A DNA stretch of 64,000 bases from an uncultured Bacteroidaceae bacterium (GCA_905235305.1 CAJOLC010000027.1:13458-77457), one strand, 5' to 3'. Numbered from the stretch's first letter, positions 46,203 through 57,123 are shown. Numbers and translations are program-made. Notes: generated by a model from the letters alone, not told the origin.

Positions 46203-46616
46203 CTATTTCTTCTGGCCGGAACTGGTAGGAGGATCTTTGCCATCCTCGATTGCTTGCCTTTGGATTACCTCGTCGAGCAGCTCCTCAAAAGTCTTGACGC
46301 GGAGCAACTCTTCGTACTGCTCCAGTATCTTCCGGTCGCGGGCATGCTTCTTCTCCCGCTTTCTCTCCTTCACGGCAAAGGGATGCATGATCTTGTCCGT
46401 CACCCTGGCACCGAGTATGTCGCTTAATGAAGGGTATCCGATGCGCCCCTCCTTCTCCCTGCCAAGAGCTTGGCGTATGGCCTCGTTGACGCGAAGTATG
46501 GAGTCTCTCTGCACCTCTATCTCGCGCAATGTATCGGTGAGAATGGTGTCGGCCTTCTGTGCACGAACCATCCCGACAGGAAGCACGATGAATAATATGA
46601 GAAGTAGTTGTTTCAT
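46203..46616 (-). CDS. 137-aa secreted hypothetical protein
   Basis: Trimmed to MKQLLLILFIVLPVGMVRAQ. The remainder is charged and helical. A TAACTTTG box lies at 46640-46647. Confidence 0.55.
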   Translation of the reverse strand: MKQLLLILFIVLPVGMVRAQKADTILTDTLREIEVQRDSILRVNEAIRQALGREKEGRIGYPSLSDILGARVTDKIMHPFAVKERKREKKHARDRKILEQYEELLRVKTFEELLDEVIQRQAIEDGKDPPTSSGQKK

Positions 46617-46712
46617 GAAACAAGACGTCTTTTGCGCCACAAAGTTAAGTTTTTTTTTGTAAATAACAAAAGAAATCCCGAACTTTGCACCAAACCTTAA
46701 CAAGTTTTAATT

Positions 46713-48956
46713 ATGAATTGCACGAAACGCATGGTAATCTTGTGCCTCGCCGCATGCTCCGTCGTGGGCAGCAGTATGGCGACGGACTATACGAAGTATG
46801 TCAATCCCTTCATCGGAACACAGACCGACGACACGGGAGCCCTAAGTGGCAGCACGTTCCCAGGCCCCACAATGCCCCAAGGCATGGTGCAGCTCGCTCC
46901 TGAAACTGAGCAGTATGTCACATGGGATCCCTGCTGCGGCTATGACTACAACCGCGACTCCATCTTCGGCTTCACGCATACCCACCTCAGCGGAACAGGC
47001 TGCACCGACCTCATCGACGTTTCCCTGATGCCCACCACCAAGCATGTCACACCCGAACTCCTGCGTCAAGGCATCTTCGCACTGCCCTTCAAGCACTCGC
47101 AGGAACAAGCCGCCCCAGGTTATTATATGGTCGATTTGCTCGGCGGAGAAGATATCCGTGTGGAACTCTCTGCGACGGTTCATGCCGGCATCCACAAATA
47201 CACGTTCCCCGAAGGCAAGGAGCAGACCGTCATCCTCGACCTCGATCGCATGACCTACCGTGGCGATGCCTACTACACAGGACGCCGCGCCTACCAGATC
47301 ATTCAGAGCCAGATACGCATCCTCGACGACAAGACCATCGAAGGATTCCGCGTCGTGACCGGCTGGGCAAAGCTTCGCAAGGTGTACTTCCGCATCGAGT
47401 TCTCCCGTCCATTCGCAAGCCGTATCCTGATGGACGGTGGACGCAGTGCAGGCGGAAGCGATGTCGTCAACGGCAGAACACTCAGAGCTGCACTACGCTT
47501 CCCTAACAATAATAAAAAAGATGTAATGGCCAAGGTCGCCATATCCGCCGTAGACAATGACGGCGCCCGAAAGAATATGCAGGCAGAAGCTCAGCCCTGG
47601 GACTTCAACTACTATACCCGTGCTGCCCATGATGCTTGGGAGAAGGAACTCGCCACCATAGACATCGACGGCACAGACGACCAGAAGACCATCTTCTACA
47701 CTGGCCTCTATCATGTCCTCATGCAGCCTAATACGATGAGCGACGTAGATGGGCGATACATGGACACTAACTTCGAGATAAAGCAGATGCCCAAGGGACA
47801 AGCCTATCACAGCACCTTCAGCCTCTGGGACACCTTCCGTGCAGCTCATCCTCTCTACACCCTTCTTTATCCAAACATTGCCGTGCAGTTCGTGCGCGAC
47901 ATGGTTCTTCATCATGAGACGTACGGCTATCTGCCCATCTGGGACCTCTGGGGACAGGACAATTACTGTATGATAGGCAACCACGCCATACCCGTCGTGG
48001 CTGATGCCATTATGTCGGAACTGCCAGGGCTCGATGTCGAGAGGGCATACAAAGCCATGGTGGAAAGCAGCACGCGCACGCATCCCAACAGTCCTTTCGA
48101 GGTGTGGGAGGAGTATGGCTATATGCCGCAGAACAGGCAGAACGTCAGTGTAAGCATCACGATGGAGCAGGCCTTCGACGACTGGTGCGTGGCAGCCGTG
48201 GCCAAGAAGCTCGGCAAGACAGCCGACTACGAACGCTTCATCAAGCGCAGCGAGTACTATCGTAACCTCTTCAACCCTGCTACGGGCTTCTTCCAACCCA
48301 AGGACGACAAGGGCAACTGGCTGGAGCCCTTCGATCCGCTCAGCTATGAGAGTCCTTGCTTCGTAGAAGGCAACGCATGGCAGTATATGTGGTTTGTGCC
48401 GCAGAACCCCGGGGGGCTTATCGACCTCCTCGGCGGCGTTAAGCCTTTCCTCAAGAAACTTGACGAGAACTTCACCCTGACAGAGACCAGCGGAGAAGTG
48501 AACGGCAATGCCAGCGGCTTTATCGGACAGTATGCGCACGGCAATGAGCCAAGCCATCACACCGTCTATCTCTATAACTTCGCCGGCCAGCCCTGGCGTA
48601 CGCAGGAGCTTGTGGAGCAAGTACGAAGCCAGTTCTATAATGCCTCACCCTGCGGTTATGCAGGCAACGATGACTGTGGACAGATGTCGGCATGGTACAT
48701 CTTCTCTTCTCTGGGCTTCTATCCCTTCAATGCCGGCTCGGCGGAATACGTCATCGGTACGCCTCTGTTCCGTCATGCTGTACTGCATATGCCTGGAGGC
48801 AAGGACTTGACCATCAATGCACCGCGTAAGTCGGATAGGGCTATCTACGTCAAGGGCGTGAAGCTCAACGGCAAGAAGATTACCGATTGGAAGCTTACGC
48901 ATCAGCAACTTATCCAGGGCGGCACACTCGACTTTACAATGAGCGAGAAGAGATAG
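46713..48956 (+). CDS. glycoside hydrolase family 92 (alpha-mannosidase)
   Basis: Signal peptide present. Motifs: FTHTHLSGTGCTDL and GQYAHGNEPSHHTVYLYNFAGQPWRTQ. Confidence 0.9.
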   Translation: MNCTKRMVILCLAACSVVGSSMATDYTKYVNPFIGTQTDDTGALSGSTFPGPTMPQGMVQLAPETEQYVTWDPCCGYDYNRDSIFGFTHTHLSGTGCTDLIDVSLMPTTKHVTPELLRQGIFALPFKHSQEQAAPGYYMVDLLGGEDIRVELSATVHAGIHKYTFPEGKEQTVILDLDRMTYRGDAYYTGRRAYQIIQSQIRILDDKTIEGFRVVTGWAKLRKVYFRIEFSRPFASRILMDGGRSAGGSDVVNGRTLRAALRFPNNNKKDVMAKVAISAVDNDGARKNMQAEAQPWDFNYYTRAAHDAWEKELATIDIDGTDDQKTIFYTGLYHVLMQPNTMSDVDGRYMDTNFEIKQMPKGQAYHSTFSLWDTFRAAHPLYTLLYPNIAVQFVRDMVLHHETYGYLPIWDLWGQDNYCMIGNHAIPVVADAIMSELPGLDVERAYKAMVESSTRTHPNSPFEVWEEYGYMPQNRQNVSVSITMEQAFDDWCVAAVAKKLGKTADYERFIKRSEYYRNLFNPATGFFQPKDDKGNWLEPFDPLSYESPCFVEGNAWQYMWFVPQNPGGLIDLLGGVKPFLKKLDENFTLTETSGEVNGNASGFIGQYAHGNEPSHHTVYLYNFAGQPWRTQELVEQVRSQFYNASPCGYAGNDDCGQMSAWYIFSSLGFYPFNAGSAEYVIGTPLFRHAVLHMPGGKDLTINAPRKSDRAIYVKGVKLNGKKITDWKLTHQQLIQGGTLDFTMSEKR

Positions 48957-49022
48957 AATACAGGGAGTTATAGGACAACCTGCGATAGGCCCGGGAAGTC
49001 TCAGGTTGTCATAGGAAAGCAA

Positions 49023-49055
49023 AGGCGCCTTCACAAATGTGGAGGCGCCTTTTTG
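49023..49055. terminator. bidirectional terminator between GH92 and the aldo/keto reductase
   Basis: The palindromic stem AGGCGCCT (49023-30) pairs with AGGCGCCT (49043-50). It is flanked by AAA on one side and TTTTT on the other. Confidence 0.7.
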
Positions 49056-49058
49056 CGT

Positions 49059-50450
49059 TTATAGAGTTCCTTGTTTGAGCTTTTCGACAAACGCGTCGAT
49101 GCGTTGCAACTCTCGAGGGATGTCGATGGATTGCGGGCAATGGCTGATGCACTCACGACACTCCGTGCAATGGTTTGCCTGCCTAAGCTTGGGCACGCTT
49201 CTGTCATATCCGACGAGGAAAGCCTGCCGTGCCTTCTGATAGTTCTTGGCTTGTTGGCTCTCGGGGACGTTTCCTTTGTTGACACATTTATTATAATGTA
49301 CAAAGATTCCCGGTATGTCGAGGCCAAAGGGGCAGGGCATGCAGTATTTGCAATCGTTGCAGTCGATGGTGGGGTAGCTCTTGATGAGGGTGGCAGTCTC
49401 GCCTTCGAGCCATGCTTGTTCCTCCTCTGTGAGGGGCTCAAGGGGAGAGTATGTGCGAAGGTCATCCTCTAAGTGCTCCATGTAAGTCATGCCGCTCAGG
49501 ACGGTAAGTACGGCGGGCTTGGAGCCGATGTAGCGGAAGGCCCATGATGCCACACTGTCTTCCGGCTTGCGTTTCTTGAAGTGAGCCACGACGTGGTCGG
49601 GCACTTTGGAGAGTCTTCCGCCGAGCAGCGGTTCCATAATGACGACGGGGATGCCTCGCTTCACGAGTTCGTCGTAGAGGTACTTACCCGAGCGTCCTTT
49701 GTCCTCCTTGTTTTCCCAATCGACGTAGTTCGCCTGTATCTGTACGAAATCCCAGTGATATTCGTCGTGATGCTCCATGGCCCAGTCGTAGACGGCTACG
49801 TCTCCGTGGAACGAAAAGCCGAGGTTGCGGATGCGCCCTGCCTCGCGTTGTTCCACGAGCCAGTCCAGGAGTCCGTTGTCAAGGTATCGCTGGTGCAGGT
49901 TGTCCATGCCTCCACCGCCGATGCTATGCAGCAGGAGGTAGTCGATATAGTCGGTCTTCAGGTTTTCGAGGCTGCGTTCGAACATGGCTTTTCCCTCCTC
50001 GATGTCGAATTGCGAGGGCGAGAAGTTGGAGAGCTTCGTGGCGATGAAGTAGTCGCTGCGCTTGTATCCGCTTGCCTCGAGAGCTATGCCGAGGCTTCCC
50101 TCGCTTTGTCCGCGGCAGTAGGCAGGCGATGTGTCGAAGTAGTTGACGCCGTGGTCGAGGGCGAACTTGCAGAGGTGGTTTATCTCCTCCTGGTCAATTA
50201 CGTCTCGGCCGTCCTCGTCTTTTTTGTTCGGCAACCTCATCCATCCATAGCCGAGCAGGCTTATCTTGTCGCCTTGCTTAGGGTTGGTCCGGTAGGTCAT
50301 CTTGCCTGTGGGGACAGGTCCTTCGTGGTGTCCCATGTAATCGACTTCGGCATCGTCGCCTGCGCCTTTTACTCCGCAGGATGCCAGGGCTGCCGTTGCG
50401 GCTGTAGTACCAGAGACTCTGAGGAAGTCTCGTCTGCTTATATCTTTCAT
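49059..50450 (-). CDS. TAT-exported aldo/keto reductase with a C-terminal 4Fe-4S ferredoxin domain
   Basis: Twin-arginine signal MKDISRRDFLRVSG. AKR core present. Cys motifs: CNDCKYCMPCP and CTECRECISHCP. Confidence 0.8.
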   Translation of the reverse strand: MKDISRRDFLRVSGTTAATAALASCGVKGAGDDAEVDYMGHHEGPVPTGKMTYRTNPKQGDKISLLGYGWMRLPNKKDEDGRDVIDQEEINHLCKFALDHGVNYFDTSPAYCRGQSEGSLGIALEASGYKRSDYFIATKLSNFSPSQFDIEEGKAMFERSLENLKTDYIDYLLLHSIGGGGMDNLHQRYLDNGLLDWLVEQREAGRIRNLGFSFHGDVAVYDWAMEHHDEYHWDFVQIQANYVDWENKEDKGRSGKYLYDELVKRGIPVVIMEPLLGGRLSKVPDHVVAHFKKRKPEDSVASWAFRYIGSKPAVLTVLSGMTYMEHLEDDLRTYSPLEPLTEEEQAWLEGETATLIKSYPTIDCNDCKYCMPCPFGLDIPGIFVHYNKCVNKGNVPESQQAKNYQKARQAFLVGYDRSVPKLRQANHCTECRECISHCPQSIDIPRELQRIDAFVEKLKQGTL

Positions 50451-50536
50451 AGCTTCTTATCTCTAATCCTTAATCCCTATTCTCTTTTCTCTAATCACTT
50501 ATCTTTATTATTCTATGGTCTCTGTCTGTTCCCTGA

Positions 50537-52069
50537 TCAAATCTCCCTGTGCACTTCGTGTCCTTCGACGTAGATGGCGCTGATGGGATTTGAGGGGCAG
50601 AGATTCTCGCATGCGCCACAGCCGATGCACTTTTCTTCGTTGATGACGGGAATGAGCAGCACTTTCTCCCTCGGGATTTCGTTGTTGTCGGCGTCTCTCC
50701 AGCGCCATCCGTCCTGATGCACGCCGGCGTGCAGGGGAACCATCTGTATGGCTTGGGCCGGGCATTTGCGTGAGCAGAGTCCGCAGGGCTTCTCGTTCTT
50801 GACAGGGACGCAGAGGTCGCGTGTCCATACGGCGTGTCCGACTTGTATGGCAGTGCGTTCCTCTACGGTGACGGGCCGTATGGCCGAGGTCGGGCATACC
50901 TGTGAGCAGCGGTTGCACTCGGGCCGGCAATAGCCGCGCTCGTAGCTTACCTCGGGTTGCATGAAGCGGTCGAGGCTGCTGCTCGGGCGCAGGACGTCGT
51001 TGGGGCAGGCGTCGATGCAGAGCTGGCAGGCAGTGCAATGACTGCGCAGGTTGCGTATGGAGAGGGAGCCCGGGGGCGTGATGAGTTTCTCGCGACGCAC
51101 CTTCTTCTTCTTGACGATGTCGGCGAAGCCGCCGTCTGTCGTCTTTGGCTCGATCTTGCTCTGCGCCTTTGCGATGGCAGTCCCTGCAAGGAGAGCGACG
51201 CCTGTCAGCACTGCGCGACGGCCTTCGTCAGCCTTTTGGGGGTGGGGGGCAAGGGGTGCGGAGCAAGAAGAGAACTTCAGCGCGTCGAACTTACACTGCT
51301 CGAGGCAGTTGCCGCACACTACGCAGCGGCTGTAGTCGACGGTGTGCGTGTCGAGGTCGATGCAGGCGGCTTTGCAGTTGCGCTCGCATTTGCGGCAGTT
51401 CTTACACTTCTCCGCGTCGATGTTTACCTTGAGGAACGACTGCTTGCTGATGAGTCCGAGCAACGTCCCGACGGGGCATATCGTGTTGCACCAAGTACGT
51501 CCGTTCTTCCAGGCCAGCACTGCGATGATGCCCAGAGTCAGCAGGGCTATCACGAGCGTACCGATGCTCTTGACCCAGACGTCTACTGTATAGAACGCGT
51601 AACTGTCGTGATGTTCAGCAATCAATGCAAGTCCGTTGTTCGCCAACTTGTATAGAGGAGCGAGGATGACCGATACGATGCGGCCGTAAGTGCTGTAGGG
51701 GAAGATGAGGCCGCCCAGCCAGGCAACGCCCAAAGCCAGCGAGGCGCACGCCACAACCAGCACGGAGTAGCGCAGCACGTCCTTTGCGGGCGAGTAGTTG
51801 TACTTGTTCTTCTTCCTGCGCAGCCAGGCGATGAAGTCCTGCATCACGCCCAGCGGACAGATGATGGAGCAGTAGATGCGTCCCGTCAGCAGTGTGAGTG
51901 CAACGACGAAGAGCAGTGCGCCGATGTTCAGAGCCAGCAGAGCCGGAATGAACTGGACTTTGGCCATCCATCCCAAGTAGGCCTGTGCAGTCCCCGTGAA
52001 GTCCAGCAGAAGCCAAGTGATTAGTAACCAGAAGATGATGGCGAGTGTCAAACGGATTTTCCTAAGCAT
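50537..52069 (-). CDS. membrane polyferredoxin (NapH/MauN-like N-terminus plus multiple 4Fe-4S domains)
   Basis: TM helices carry CSIICPLG and CNTICPVG. These are followed by CKNCRKCERNC, CVVCGNCLEQC, CTACQLCIDACP, CNRCSQVCP, CGLCSRKCP and CIGCGACENLCP. Confidence 0.8.
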   Translation of the reverse strand: MLRKIRLTLAIIFWLLITWLLLDFTGTAQAYLGWMAKVQFIPALLALNIGALLFVVALTLLTGRIYCSIICPLGVMQDFIAWLRRKKNKYNYSPAKDVLRYSVLVVACASLALGVAWLGGLIFPYSTYGRIVSVILAPLYKLANNGLALIAEHHDSYAFYTVDVWVKSIGTLVIALLTLGIIAVLAWKNGRTWCNTICPVGTLLGLISKQSFLKVNIDAEKCKNCRKCERNCKAACIDLDTHTVDYSRCVVCGNCLEQCKFDALKFSSCSAPLAPHPQKADEGRRAVLTGVALLAGTAIAKAQSKIEPKTTDGGFADIVKKKKVRREKLITPPGSLSIRNLRSHCTACQLCIDACPNDVLRPSSSLDRFMQPEVSYERGYCRPECNRCSQVCPTSAIRPVTVEERTAIQVGHAVWTRDLCVPVKNEKPCGLCSRKCPAQAIQMVPLHAGVHQDGWRWRDADNNEIPREKVLLIPVINEEKCIGCGACENLCPSNPISAIYVEGHEVHREI

Positions 52070-52264
52070 ACTTGTTTTTAGTTATATTATGTCGATTTGC
52101 AGCCACAAAATTACTAAAAATAAGTGAATATAGTATCAGGTAAGTGAGAAAAAAGTGCTGAAAAGGATAATTTTATTGTATTCGAGGCAGAGAGTATGAC
52201 AGTGACTGAATTAGACAAATGTAAGTGAATTTACAATAAACATGACATTATGACAATTCCCATA

Positions 52265-52620
52265 GTGCCGTAAAAGGCCCTGAATTACGCCGAATTTGCC
52301 AATCCGGCAGGAAGGAGTTCTCAACGCAATATAATGGAGTGGCAATTCCAATATATTACCTTTGCAATTCCTTCAGTATTCGTTGGGTGAAAAATTACGC
52401 CGAAAAATGCCAAAAATAACGGTGAAATGGTCGATTTTGTAAGGTGGAGTTGTCAATCCGGCGGTTTGTCTCAAAAATCGCGGCTTGTAACCTGCTCAGT
52501 ATCAGCTGAAAGCGTTTTAAGCGCAAAAAAGCCGAAAAATGAAGAAAAGTATGCCGCGAGGCATTTCCGACGCTTCTGCGCGATTCGCCGAAAATCAATG
52601 TGTAAGCAGATAAGCCGTTT
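52265..52620 (+). repeat. dispersed non-coding element, copy B (colinear with 62331..62710)
   Basis: Shared blocks sit at matching offsets. See the findings. Confidence 0.65.
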
Positions 52621-52755
52621 TGCATTGCAAAATGTCAAATCGTGGAAAGGGCGGGGGACAACAGCCATAGCCACGTCAAAATCTACCGGATAATGTTAAG
52701 AATGCTTATATAAAGGAAAAAATACGGCGTCGGTACAAAGTCCGCATTTTTTTCG

Positions 52756-52763
52756 TACCTTTG
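52756..52763 (+). promoter_or_regulatory. -7 box TACCTTTG upstream of guaB
   Basis: Matches TAnnTTTG, 28 nt before ATG 52791. Confidence 0.55.
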
Positions 52764-52790
52764 CACGCATATTAAAATAAAGGAAAGGAT

Positions 52791-54269
52791 ATGGTATCAT
52801 TTATTGCAGACAAGATTGTGACGGACGGTCTTACGTATGACGACGTCCTTTTGATTCCCGGCTATTCAGAGGTCCTGCCCCGAACGGTGTCCCTCGAAAC
52901 TAAATTCTCAAGGCACATCGACCTTAAGGTTCCCTTCGTGACTGCCGCCATGGATACGGTCACCGAAGCCCCGATGGCCATTGCCATTGCCCGCGAAGGC
53001 GGCATCGGCGTAATCCATAAGAACATGAGCATCGACGAACAGGCCCGCCAAGTGGCAATCGTGAAGCGTGCCGAGAACGGTATGATCTACGACCCCATCA
53101 CCATCCAGCTGGGCAGCAGCGTAAGGGATGCGCTCGAGCTTATGGCTGAATACCACATCGGAGGCATCCCCGTAGTCGACGACAAGCGCCATCTGAAGGG
53201 CATCGTCACGAATCGCGACCTCCGTTTCGAACAGGACATCGACCGCCCCATCGATGAGGTGATGACAAGCAAGAACCTTGTGACCACTCACGTGCAGACC
53301 GACCTCGGCGCAGCCGCCAAGATTCTGCAGGAGAACAAGATAGAGAAGCTGCCCGTCCTGGACGACAGCGGCAAGCTCATCGGCCTGATCACCTACAAGG
53401 ACATCACGAAAGCGAAGGACAAACCCATGGCCTGCAAGGACAGCAAGGGACGCCTGCGCGTGGCAGCCGGCGTAGGTGTAACGCCCGACACACTCGACCG
53501 CATCAAGGCGCTTGTCGAGGCAGATGTCGATGCCATCGTCATTGACACGGCTCACGGACACAGCAAGTTCGTCATCGAAAAGCTGAAGGAAGCCAAGAGG
53601 ATGTTCCCCAACGTGGACATCGTGGTGGGCAACGTCGCCACAGGCGAAGCAGCCCGCATGCTCGTCGATGCAGGTGCCGATGGCGTCAAGGTAGGCATCG
53701 GGCCCGGCAGCATCTGCACAACCCGTGTCGTGGCTGGCGTCGGTGTGCCCCAGCTCAGCGCCGTCTATGATGTCGCCAAGGCATTGGAAGGAACCGGCGT
53801 GCCTCTCATCGCCGATGGTGGCTTGCGTTACAGCGGCGACGTCGTCAAGGCTCTCGCAGCCGGCGGATACAGCGTCATGATCGGCTCCCTCGTGGCTGGC
53901 ACCGAAGAAAGCCCAGGCGATACCATCATCTATAACGGTCGTAAGTTCAAGAGCTACCGCGGCATGGGCTCGCTCGAAGCAATGGAGTGCGGCTCGAAGG
54001 ACCGTTACTTCCAAGGAAACGTCAAGGACACCAAGAAACTTGTGCCTGAAGGAATCGCAGGTCGCGTGCCTTACAAGGGCTCCGTACAGGAGGTCATCTA
54101 CCAGCTCATAGGCGGTCTGCGCAGCGGCATGGGCTATTGCGGCGCTGCAACCATACAGGACCTTCACAATGCCAAGTTCGTCCGAATCACCAATGCAGGC
54201 GTGCAGGAGAGCCATCCCCACGATGTGACCATCACCAGCGAGGCTCCCAACTACAGCCGCCCACAGTAA
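52791..54269 (+). CDS. guaB: IMP dehydrogenase
   Basis: [21 protein letters not shown] pair present. The catalytic loop is [12 protein letters not shown]. Confidence 0.96.
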   Translation: MVSFIADKIVTDGLTYDDVLLIPGYSEVLPRTVSLETKFSRHIDLKVPFVTAAMDTVTEAPMAIAIAREGGIGVIHKNMSIDEQARQVAIVKRAENGMIYDPITIQLGSSVRDALELMAEYHIGGIPVVDDKRHLKGIVTNRDLRFEQDIDRPIDEVMTSKNLVTTHVQTDLGAAAKILQENKIEKLPVLDDSGKLIGLITYKDITKAKDKPMACKDSKGRLRVAAGVGVTPDTLDRIKALVEADVDAIVIDTAHGHSKFVIEKLKEAKRMFPNVDIVVGNVATGEAARMLVDAGADGVKVGIGPGSICTTRVVAGVGVPQLSAVYDVAKALEGTGVPLIADGGLRYSGDVVKALAAGGYSVMIGSLVAGTEESPGDTIIYNGRKFKSYRGMGSLEAMECGSKDRYFQGNVKDTKKLVPEGIAGRVPYKGSVQEVIYQLIGGLRSGMGYCGAATIQDLHNAKFVRITNAGVQESHPHDVTITSEAPNYSRPQ

Positions 54270-54335
54270 TAATCAAATAGGAATAACAGAAACAGTCAGA
54301 TTATTCAGCATACCCAGAAACAAGCCCAATAACAG

Positions 54336-55754
54336 ATGAAAAAGACAGTCTTTAGCTTCGTCCTGGCAGCCCTCGCCGTGACGGCAACCGCTCAGGATGA
54401 CCCCGTCGTGATGCGCATCAATGGAAACCCCATCACCCGCAGTGAGTTTGAATACAACTATAACAAGAACAACTCGGAAGGTGTCATAGACAAGAAGGAC
54501 GTCGACGAGTATGTAGACCTCTTCGTGAACTATAAACTCAAGGTGCAAGCAGCCCTCGACGACCACCTCGATACGCTCTCCAGCTATCAGCAGGAGTTCC
54601 GCCAGTATCGCGACCAGCAGATACGTCCGCTGCTCGTGCCCGAAGGAGCCAAGGAGACAGAGGTGCGCAAGTACTACGACGGGCTGCTCGCTCGCCTCGA
54701 AGGCAAGCAGCTCCTGCAGCCTGCACACATCCTCATCCGCCTGGCACAAGATGCGACAGACGAGCAAAAGGCTGCTGCAAAGGAAAGGATAGACTCAGTC
54801 TATCAGGCACTGAAGGAGGGAGCCGACTTCGCCGAACTGGCTAAGAAGGTGTCGCAAGACCCAGGCTCCGCTTCGCGTGGCGGCATGCTGCCATGGATTG
54901 GCCCCAATCAAGTCGTGAAGGAATTCGAAGACGTGGCATACTCCCTTAACGAGGGCGAGTTGAGCGAACCCTTTCTGATGCCCTACGGATACGATATCAT
55001 CAAGCTTGCCGGCAAGAAAGACCTCGAAACCTATGAGGAGCTGCACGACAGGATAATGCAGTACCTCGAAGGACAAGGCGTAGAGAACCACCTGGCACAG
55101 CAAGCCCTGGACTCCATCGCAGGACAGGAACAGAAGACAATCGAGCAGATACTCGACGAGAAGACCGAGGAGTTCTGTGCCAAGGACAACGAGTTGAAGT
55201 ATCTCGTCCAGGAGTATCACGACGGCCTGCTCCTCTTCGAGGAGTGCAACCGCAAGGTGTGGGAACCTGCAGCCAAGGATACTCTCGCTCTGCAGAACTA
55301 CTTCAAGAAGAACAAGAAACAATATGCATGGGACGTGCCGCACTACAGTGGCATGGTTTATTACTGCAAGAACGCTGCCGATGTCAAGGCTGTGCAGAAG
55401 GTAGTCAAGAAGCTTCCGCAGGATAAATGGATGGGCGCCATTCGCGAAACCTTCAATAAGGACAGCGTCATGGTCCGTGTGGAAAGGCGCGTCTTCAAGA
55501 AAGGCGACAACGCAAATATCGACAAGCTTGCCTTCAAGGACAAGAGCGCAGAACTCAAGCCAGTCAAGGGCTTCCCCAATGTCGGCATCATGGGCAAGGT
55601 GCTCAAGAAAGGTCCGGCAGAATGGACAGACGTCGGCAATCAGGTAGTCAATGACTATCAACGCCTCAAGGAAGATGAGTTCGTGGCCGAACTCCGCAAG
55701 CGTTATACCGTTGACATCGACAAGGAAGCAATCAAGACAGTAAACAATCATTAA
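54336..55754 (+). CDS. peptidylprolyl isomerase (PpiC/parvulin type, SurA-like)
   Basis: Signal peptide present. ...ASRGGMLPWIGPNQVVKEFEDVAYSL...PYGYDIIKL. Confidence 0.8.
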   Translation: MKKTVFSFVLAALAVTATAQDDPVVMRINGNPITRSEFEYNYNKNNSEGVIDKKDVDEYVDLFVNYKLKVQAALDDHLDTLSSYQQEFRQYRDQQIRPLLVPEGAKETEVRKYYDGLLARLEGKQLLQPAHILIRLAQDATDEQKAAAKERIDSVYQALKEGADFAELAKKVSQDPGSASRGGMLPWIGPNQVVKEFEDVAYSLNEGELSEPFLMPYGYDIIKLAGKKDLETYEELHDRIMQYLEGQGVENHLAQQALDSIAGQEQKTIEQILDEKTEEFCAKDNELKYLVQEYHDGLLLFEECNRKVWEPAAKDTLALQNYFKKNKKQYAWDVPHYSGMVYYCKNAADVKAVQKVVKKLPQDKWMGAIRETFNKDSVMVRVERRVFKKGDNANIDKLAFKDKSAELKPVKGFPNVGIMGKVLKKGPAEWTDVGNQVVNDYQRLKEDEFVAELRKRYTVDIDKEAIKTVNNH

Positions 55755-55758
55755 ACGC

Positions 55759-57123
55759 ATGAACGCAAGGAAACGATATACACTCTGTCTCTTTGCAGTA
55801 CTCTCCTGCATCCTCACTATGGCACAGAAGAATGTCATAGACGAAGTGGTGTGGGTCGTAGGCGATGAGGCCATCCTTCGCTCCGACATAGAGAAGCAAC
55901 GACTGGAATACGGTTCGCAGTTAAAGGGCAATCCCTATTGCGTCCTTCCCGAACAGCTTGCTGTTCAGAAGCTGTTCCTTCATCAGGCAATCATCGACAG
56001 CGTTGAGGTTACAGATGCAGAAGTCAACCAATATGTTGAGCAAGACCTCAATGAGAAGGTCATGATGGCTGGCTCAAAGGAGAAGCTCGAGGAGTATATG
56101 AGGATGTCCACATTAGAGATGCGCGAGGAACTCTTCGATATGTGGAAGAACAGACTGACAGCCGTCCGTATGCGTGAACAGCTGACTGCGGATATCAAGG
56201 TAACCCCAGCCGAAGTGCGTCGCTACTTTAAGGACCTGCCAGAGGATAGTCTGCCACTCATCCCCACTCAGGTCGAGGTGCAGATAATTGTACTGCAGCC
56301 ACGCATCCCGCAAACAGAAATAGACCGCGTAAAAGGCTTGCTCCGTGATTATTCCGAGCGTGTCAATAATGGCTCGACATCTTTCTCCACACTTGCTCGC
56401 CTCTACAGCGAAGACCCTGGCTCAGCCCGTCAAGGCGGCGAGATGCCCTATATGGGCAAGACCGAACTCGACCCTGGTTTCGCCAACGTGGCGTTCAGCC
56501 TGACCGATGTCAATAAGGTGAGCAAGATAGCACAAAGCGAATTCGGCTATCACATCATCCAACTCATCGACAAGCGCGGCGATAAGGTGAAGTGCCGACA
56601 CATCTTGAAGCGTCCCGAAGTGGCGCAGGCAGACATCGACAGTGCCCTCATTGTGCTCGACTCCATAAAGGCGGATATACTCGCAGAAAAGATATCCTTC
56701 GAGGATGCAGCCCGCTATGCGTCCGACGACAAGGACTCGCGCAACAATCACGGCATAGTTTCCAATATTAATATGGAAACGCGCGAAACCTCCACACGCT
56801 TCGAGATGAGCGAACTCTCAGCATTTTCCTCAGAACTTGCCCGCACAGTAGAGGGCCTTCAAGTGGGCGAGATATCAAAACCCTTTACGATGATTAACAC
56901 GAAGGGCATGACAGTCTGTGCCATTGCCCGGCTTAAGAACCGTACCCCGACACATCGTGCCAGCATTACCGAGGACTTCCAAGTGATGCAGGACATTGTC
57001 AGGAACAACAAGGGAGAGGAAGCAATCCTCAACTGGATTAAAGAGAAGCAAAAGAGTACTTATATCCGCATCAATCCGGACTGGAGAGACTGCGACTTCC
57101 AATACGATGGCTGGATAAAGTGA
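55759..57123 (+). CDS. peptidylprolyl isomerase, SurA-like chaperone
   Basis: Signal peptide present. It has a SurA N-terminal domain, then ARQGGEMPYMGKTELDPGFANVAFSL...FGYHIIQLIDKRG. Confidence 0.8.
   Translation: MNARKRYTLCLFAVLSCILTMAQKNVIDEVVWVVGDEAILRSDIEKQRLEYGSQLKGNPYCVLPEQLAVQKLFLHQAIIDSVEVTDAEVNQYVEQDLNEKVMMAGSKEKLEEYMRMSTLEMREELFDMWKNRLTAVRMREQLTADIKVTPAEVRRYFKDLPEDSLPLIPTQVEVQIIVLQPRIPQTEIDRVKGLLRDYSERVNNGSTSFSTLARLYSEDPGSARQGGEMPYMGKTELDPGFANVAFSLTDVNKVSKIAQSEFGYHIIQLIDKRGDKVKCRHILKRPEVAQADIDSALIVLDSIKADILAEKISFEDAARYASDDKDSRNNHGIVSNINMETRETSTRFEMSELSAFSSELARTVEGLQVGEISKPFTMINTKGMTVCAIARLKNRTPTHRASITEDFQVMQDIVRNNKGEEAILNWIKEKQKSTYIRINPDWRDCDFQYDGWIK

Noticed and set aside
52070-52790. 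Replication origin at the minus-to-plus strand switch with an AT-rich stretch.
   Set aside because: I found no TTATCCACA/TGTGGATAA DnaA boxes by eye (only two GGATAA fragments). There is no dnaA or dnaN nearby, and plus-strand genes also occur to the left of the gap.
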